The notes under the pieces were generated by a model, which saw nothing but the letters and a program-made list of their open reading frames with translations, was not told the DNA's origin and did not search any database. Of a DNA stretch of 64,000 bases, positions 59,870 to 64,000 are shown piece after piece. A program made the position numbers and the translations under genes. The stretch's first letter is position 1. Each line of letters starts with the position of its first letter. The DNA is taken from assembly GCA_963783305.1 (NCBI GenBank), contig CAWAMW010000017.1:288001-352000 (forward strand). The letters are read 5' to 3'. The stretch is from an uncultured Gemmatimonadales bacterium. GTDB lineage: Bacteria; Gemmatimonadota; Gemmatimonadetes; Longimicrobiales; RSA9.

Positions 59870-59982
59870 CGCTAACGCCACTTCGGAGGCTGCAGGCCAA
59901 CCAGCGCCGAACAGCTCGCTCGACTACTAATCAAACAGCGGCTTCGCGCCCGCTCGTTCTGCCTGGATTCCGTCCGTTATGC
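59870..59982 (-). other. attC-like recombination site
   Basis: Minus strand GCATAAC ... GTTAGCG, 113 bp, lying between a stop codon and the next ATG; L boxes imperfect. Confidence 0.4.
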
Positions 59983-59998
59983 CAGAGCATGACAGCTC

Positions 59999-61234
59999 TC
60001 AGTACCCCTGCGCCGCAAGCATCGAGCTACGAGTCCCGCAACTCGTCCCCGAAGGTAATGCGCCTGTTCCTTCGTTGCATTGCCATCTAGACGGTGCGTC
60101 TCACTGTTGAGCAAATCGAACAACTCAATGGCTGCCTCAGGTCGGCTTCAAAGAACTTTGCGATTTCGGGTCCCGCTTGGTCCGAAAGATGAAGCGAAGG
60201 CGCGCGCGGCGCGTGGGTTTCCGTTGTGCATGTCGTCAGGCGTTACAACGGGGAGGAGTTCCCTGTCCGGAGAGAGTTGGTGCATCAGGTGCGTGACGAG
60301 CTCACGAAACGATACCAGCGCGTGCTTTTGCCAATCCGTGCCGCCACGCGCGATTGCCTCCGACCCTCCTCGGTACATCACAGCAAGTTCGTTCGACAAA
60401 CCGCAAGGCGAGCCTCGAAGGAGTCGACGACAGCGGTAAGCTGCTCTTCCACCTCCTCGTCGGCATCGACGACTGACATATCGGCGAGCGACACGGACGC
60501 GCTGAGTCTCGTGGCAGCGTAAAGCTCGAGTCCGGGCGCACGGATTAGATCAATCGCCGTGTTTGCTACGAGGGAGTCACTCGCGCGGAACGATTCCATG
60601 ATACTTGTCGACGCCGATGATAGCCGTACCACGCCGCTGTGCAGTTCCGTTAGATACGACGCTGAAACGTTCGGGAGAAATGCCGCCGTATTCACTGACA
60701 GCGCCTGCGCAGTGGCCCCCAGCTGATATCGTGACTCGAGCCAGATAAGCGCGTTTGCAGACGCGAAATATGGCTCCGTGGCGAAGCTGATGCGCGAGAG
60801 CGAGTCAGACATACCCACTCGAAACGACGCATTGGCCAAAAAGGAGGCAATTGGCGGAGCCTCAAAGTCTCGAAGTGCGTTCACGGAGACACTGCCGAGG
60901 CGTTCGGCTAAGCCCGTCCCGGAGACCAAGGCGCTAACGGCTCCCGAGTACGGGGCAAGTGTCGCAAGAGCCGAAATAGACGACACATCCGTATGTAGGG
61001 CTGTAAGCGAACTGATTGCGGTGTTCGCATACTGCACTGACAGGGGTGTATGGGAGCCCAACACCGTGCCTGGCGTGAGCATCGTGTGCGCGAGGCTACC
61101 GGCGGAGATACGCGAGTTCGCGCCAGCATCGGATTAGTATGTGCGAGCGCTGCGGCAGGCGAGCTAAGTGCACCAAACAGTCCGGTGTCGACGAGCAAAG
61201 GGTTGCGAAGGATGTAGTCCCGAGGATCAGTCAT
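59999..61234 (-). pseudogene. pPIWI-associating nuclease-like (HEPN-like) C-terminal domain protein, frameshifted
   Basis: Low-complexity Ser/Ala N-terminus, then Y.G..EA....D..KH...S.REL..H....L.P ... G.PTRRARL ... LLNSETH across frames. Confidence 0.6.
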
Positions 61235-61391
61235 TTGTCAGATCGGTAAGAGGGGATATATGGCCGCCGTTATCCAGCATCACCACCTTGTACCGCGCTT
61301 ACCACTTCCCCCTATCGACCAGCGCCACGACCCCCGGCACCTCAAGCGCGGTCCAGCTCGTTGTGGACTTTCCTCCACCCGACGGTCTCCA

Positions 61392-62099
61392 CTAAACAAA
61401 TCCCCGATCACCTGTCCAGTCGGTCGACGGAATGCCGTCTGCAACGCCACGAGCCTCTAGGAGATAATGCGGAGACAGCACCGCGTACCGCCAAAAGACA
61501 AGATCCACGACCCGCACTAGATCTCCCGACGTTGCCGCAACATCGCCGCAGAGTTCCTGCACCCCTACACCGAACGCTTCGGCTAGTCGAGCCACGTGTC
61601 GGTCCGGCTTGGCCACATCAAGGCTCAAGTTCTTTGCGAAGTGGAAGGAGGTCGCTCGCCCCAAATAGGGAAAGGTCAATAGGAATTCGGGTCCCTCTGC
61701 ACCTAAACGACATTTGAATGCTGCGGCCCCCATTTCAGCGAGACGACTGGCAAAGACGGCGATGGCGTCAATTTTCCCAGCGTGGCCGAAATGATCGAGC
61801 GCCTGCCGTTTACACTCTTTGGACGACTGGGCAATACACTTAGCCGATCTCCAGTCACAAAACGCCCTGCTGATTTCCGGAAAAATTGAAGCAACGACCA
61901 CCTCCTTCATACCAGACCCCAGCACGACCCAAGCGTGCTCACGTAGGAGATCCGACTCAGTACAGTCCGATAGGTCCACGGTCCGAATCCATTCCATCTC
62001 GTCGCCGTATCCAGAAGCGACCACGACCCGCTTCGAACGGGTATATAGTTCTGTCACTGCCTCCAACATGAACGGATAGAGAGCCATGGATCGCGTCAA
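61392..62099 (-). CDS. HhH DNA glycosylase-like protein (Cap11/OGG-like)
   Basis: LRE.AWVVL.SG, F.H.GK..AI, L..FPYLG..T..H.AKNL..DVAKPDRH, VD.V.WRY; TTG start overlaps the upstream stop. Confidence 0.75.
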   Translation of the reverse strand: MTRSMALYPFMLEAVTELYTRSKRVVVASGYGDEMEWIRTVDLSDCTESDLLREHAWVVLGSGMKEVVVASIFPEISRAFCDWRSAKCIAQSSKECKRQALDHFGHAGKIDAIAVFASRLAEMGAAAFKCRLGAEGPEFLLTFPYLGRATSFHFAKNLSLDVAKPDRHVARLAEAFGVGVQELCGDVAATSGDLVRVVDLVFWRYAVLSPHYLLEARGVADGIPSTDWTGDRGFV

Positions 62100-62683
62100 G
62101 TCGACCTTTTCTGTGCGCCGGTGTTCAATTCCTGTCGAATGAAGCGGAGCCGTAAGATCCATTCGGGTGTCCACAAATACTCCTCGCGGATGCGGCTAAG
62201 AGCGACCTTACGGAGATGCCTCGCCTTCAATCTAGCAAAGAGATCCTCCGGTATGGCGGGCGTGCTACTTCCTACTTCACGATAAAGTGCCGCCAACTGA
62301 TTCCTCGATACAGCATCCCAACCCTTTTCCTGGTCACGGCGGGTCCGGTACTCGCTTGCCAACCCCGCCCAGCGGCGGCACGCCTCGCCATGACGCGCCT
62401 TTTTCCCAGGCCAATCGAACAGCAGAACTATGAGCGAGAAGGTGAAAGCGACCACTGACCCACCCGCCAGCACCGATCTTCCTTGCTGCACAGAAAGATC
62501 AAAGAGGCTGAATAGCTCGCCTCCACTGAAAGCCGTAACCGTGAAGAGAACGGAGACAACAATCAACGCACTCCCAGAGAGAACTTCAAGCCTTCGATAG
62601 CGATCTCGCAGAGCAGCGTGCATCGAAGCCATTTGCTTCGTAAGCCGGTATTGGCGCGCAGTTTCACCCTCGGGGACAGTCAT
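62096..62683 (-). CDS. 2TM (SLATT-like) CBASS effector
   Basis: H..LRDRY, two TM helices, DW......H, P.IPE..F..LK..HL.KV; ATGA overlap with the cyclase. Confidence 0.75.
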   Translation of the reverse strand: MTVPEGETARQYRLTKQMASMHAALRDRYRRLEVLSGSALIVVSVLFTVTAFSGGELFSLFDLSVQQGRSVLAGGSVVAFTFSLIVLLFDWPGKKARHGEACRRWAGLASEYRTRRDQEKGWDAVSRNQLAALYREVGSSTPAIPEDLFARLKARHLRKVALSRIREEYLWTPEWILRLRFIRQELNTGAQKRST

Positions 62684-63604
62684 GAGCGCTCCAATGAAAT
62701 CTTTGCCCTCCATTGGGCAATAGTTGCGGCTGTTGAAAGTTGAGTGTGGATAGATCGGAGCAGCGCGGCCACGCGCCTTCGTTCGTCGCTCCCAGGCCCT
62801 CTGAGCTCTGCGTCGACGACGGCCTACTGTCCGATAACGTCAGTGATTGGTCGGAGGACCCGCTCGCTGGAATGCTGAAGCACATGAAGGACTACGTCCC
62901 GCACGCTGCGATCACCCTTATAGCCCGCGGCCGAATCGACCGCTAGCGCCTCTATGTGATATCCCGACAGCCGCCTCTGCTTCGGGAGACCTTCATTTAT
63001 GGCCTTGATCACTTTCACGGCTGGCACGAGAACCCCGCCGGTCTGATTGTTGGCTGCAGTCAAGCGCTCGCGAAAGAGCCGAGGCTTCGATACACGCCAG
63101 CCCCCACTTTCTGCATCAGGAACAGCTACCGTGTCCCCCTGCCGTAATGCCGGCAGCAACTGCACTTCCGTGCCGTCCCGGTAGGTGACCGTAACTGCCA
63201 TATTTCCGCGCGAGATGGTGTCGACGTCTCCGAGGTTAAGATTGACGCGGACCTGCCGTTCCAAAGATTCCAGCATTCTCTTTCCCAGTGGCGGCACCGA
63301 CAGCCGAAGCATCGAGCACAACGAGTGCATTGATGTCGCTAATCCCGTCGACGGCTGTGTGCTTCGCCACCGACCCTCCGAGCAGTAGCGAATCGATCTC
63401 GAGGTCCCCTAGTGACTGCTTGATTTCCTCGAGCCGTTTCCTAACCCTGTCATGATCACGATCGTTGAACTTCGCTAATTCTTCTCCCAGGTATTGGTTC
63501 GTTTCCGCTTGGAGGCGACGCTGCTCGGCCTGCCGGGCCCGCTCCACCTTCAATCGGGTGCTTTCACTAGGTGTGCCACTGAACCTGCTGCCGCCGCCCC
63601 CCAT
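62680..63604 (-). CDS. CD-NTase (CBASS oligonucleotide cyclase); one frameshift near 63280 and an in-frame TAG at 62824 in this sequence
   Basis: MGGGGS start, GGSVAKHT.VDG.SD, EVQLLPA, VP.VK..K, LSGYHIE; the frame stays open after the TAG to a TGA overlapping the next ATG. Confidence 0.8.
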
Positions 63605-63605
63605 A

Positions 63606-64000
63606 TCATCCTCCTTCCTGCAGTTCAGGTATTTTTGTGGTCATATGCCTGTACGCAGCGGCCAAACGCTCCTTCACAAATGGCTGGAACATGTCGAACT
63701 GTTCGCCATCAGTGTCGACCCACTGTTCCAGTGAGGCGGCCAGATTCAGTAACGCCTGTACATTGTGTAAGTTGGCCAACATCTCGTTGACGGTCTTGCC
63801 CACAAGCCCGAACTCTTCCCGGAGAATCCCATGACATTCTCTGCTCACGGCCACCCCTTTGTGATACGAGTAGCGGAGCCAAGACACGCCATCAAAGATT
63901 TCGGCACCAGCGAAGAAATACAGTGGGGTCAATAGGGGGTCTAATCCTCCCCATATATGAATCGGAGAATCTATTCCCGCGTCGTCCAAACCCCTTCGGA
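63606..64000 (-). CDS. TGT (tRNA-guanine transglycosylase)-like protein, Cap10-like; 5' part outside the window
   Basis: PIHIWGGLDP...LYFFAGAEIFDG.SW.RY; stop immediately upstream of the cyclase start. Confidence 0.7.
   Translation of the reverse strand, partial: RRGLDDAGIDSPIHIWGGLDPLLTPLYFFAGAEIFDGVSWLRYSYHKGVAVSRECHGILREEFGLVGKTVNEMLANLHNVQALLNLAASLEQWVDTDGEQFDMFQPFVKERLAAAYRHMTTKIPELQEGG

Noticed and set aside
48510..62826. Amber (TAG) recoding, suggested by in-frame TAGs in padR and the CD-NTase
   Set aside because: Several intact genes in the window end normally at TAG (for example 2559, 2595, 12261, 20099), and both loci carry other lesions.
1..64000. tRNA, rRNA, integrase or transposase genes
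   Set aside because: None was recognisable by eye or in the ORF track.

Overview
GC-rich bacterial chromosome segment (by eye about 70% GC). The gene repertoire (ADOP-type permease, BNR/VPS10 protein, NTT-HEAT-cNMP protein) is suggestive of Gemmatimonadota or a similar lineage, which is an inference. Positions 1-29 kb are mostly housekeeping and envelope genes: ABC-2 exporter, purEK, MATE, ggt, SDR, M14 peptidase, arfB and gltA. This part also holds two unusual items: an NTT-HEAT-cNMP / two-component / secreted-kinase-like operon, and a membrane-anchored degenerate DEAD-cold-shock fusion. Positions 29-36.5 kb form a divergent Rrf2-associated cluster. It has a Tyr-less heme-copper subunit I (GHSSQQ, eNOR-like), a CuA subunit II, SCO, and a cytochrome b-ferredoxin-MvhD-like fusion. 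Positions 37-44 kb carry OsmC, ppa, feoB and a DtxR-FeoA fusion. Positions 44-58 kb are accessory: a decayed PadR/ADOP pair, RES-Xre and VapBC toxin-antitoxin pairs, Fic, a DUF4160/DUF2442 remnant and an Ntn acylase. From about 58.5 kb a lower-GC minus-strand island holds a type IV CBASS-like operon (TGT-like, CD-NTase, 2TM effector, HhH glycosylase; cut by the window edge), a pPIWI-associating-nuclease-like gene, an attC-like site and a frameshifted unknown gene. Many frameshifts, especially after 58 kb, may be long-read consensus errors rather than biology. All family calls come from motif recognition, not from database searches.
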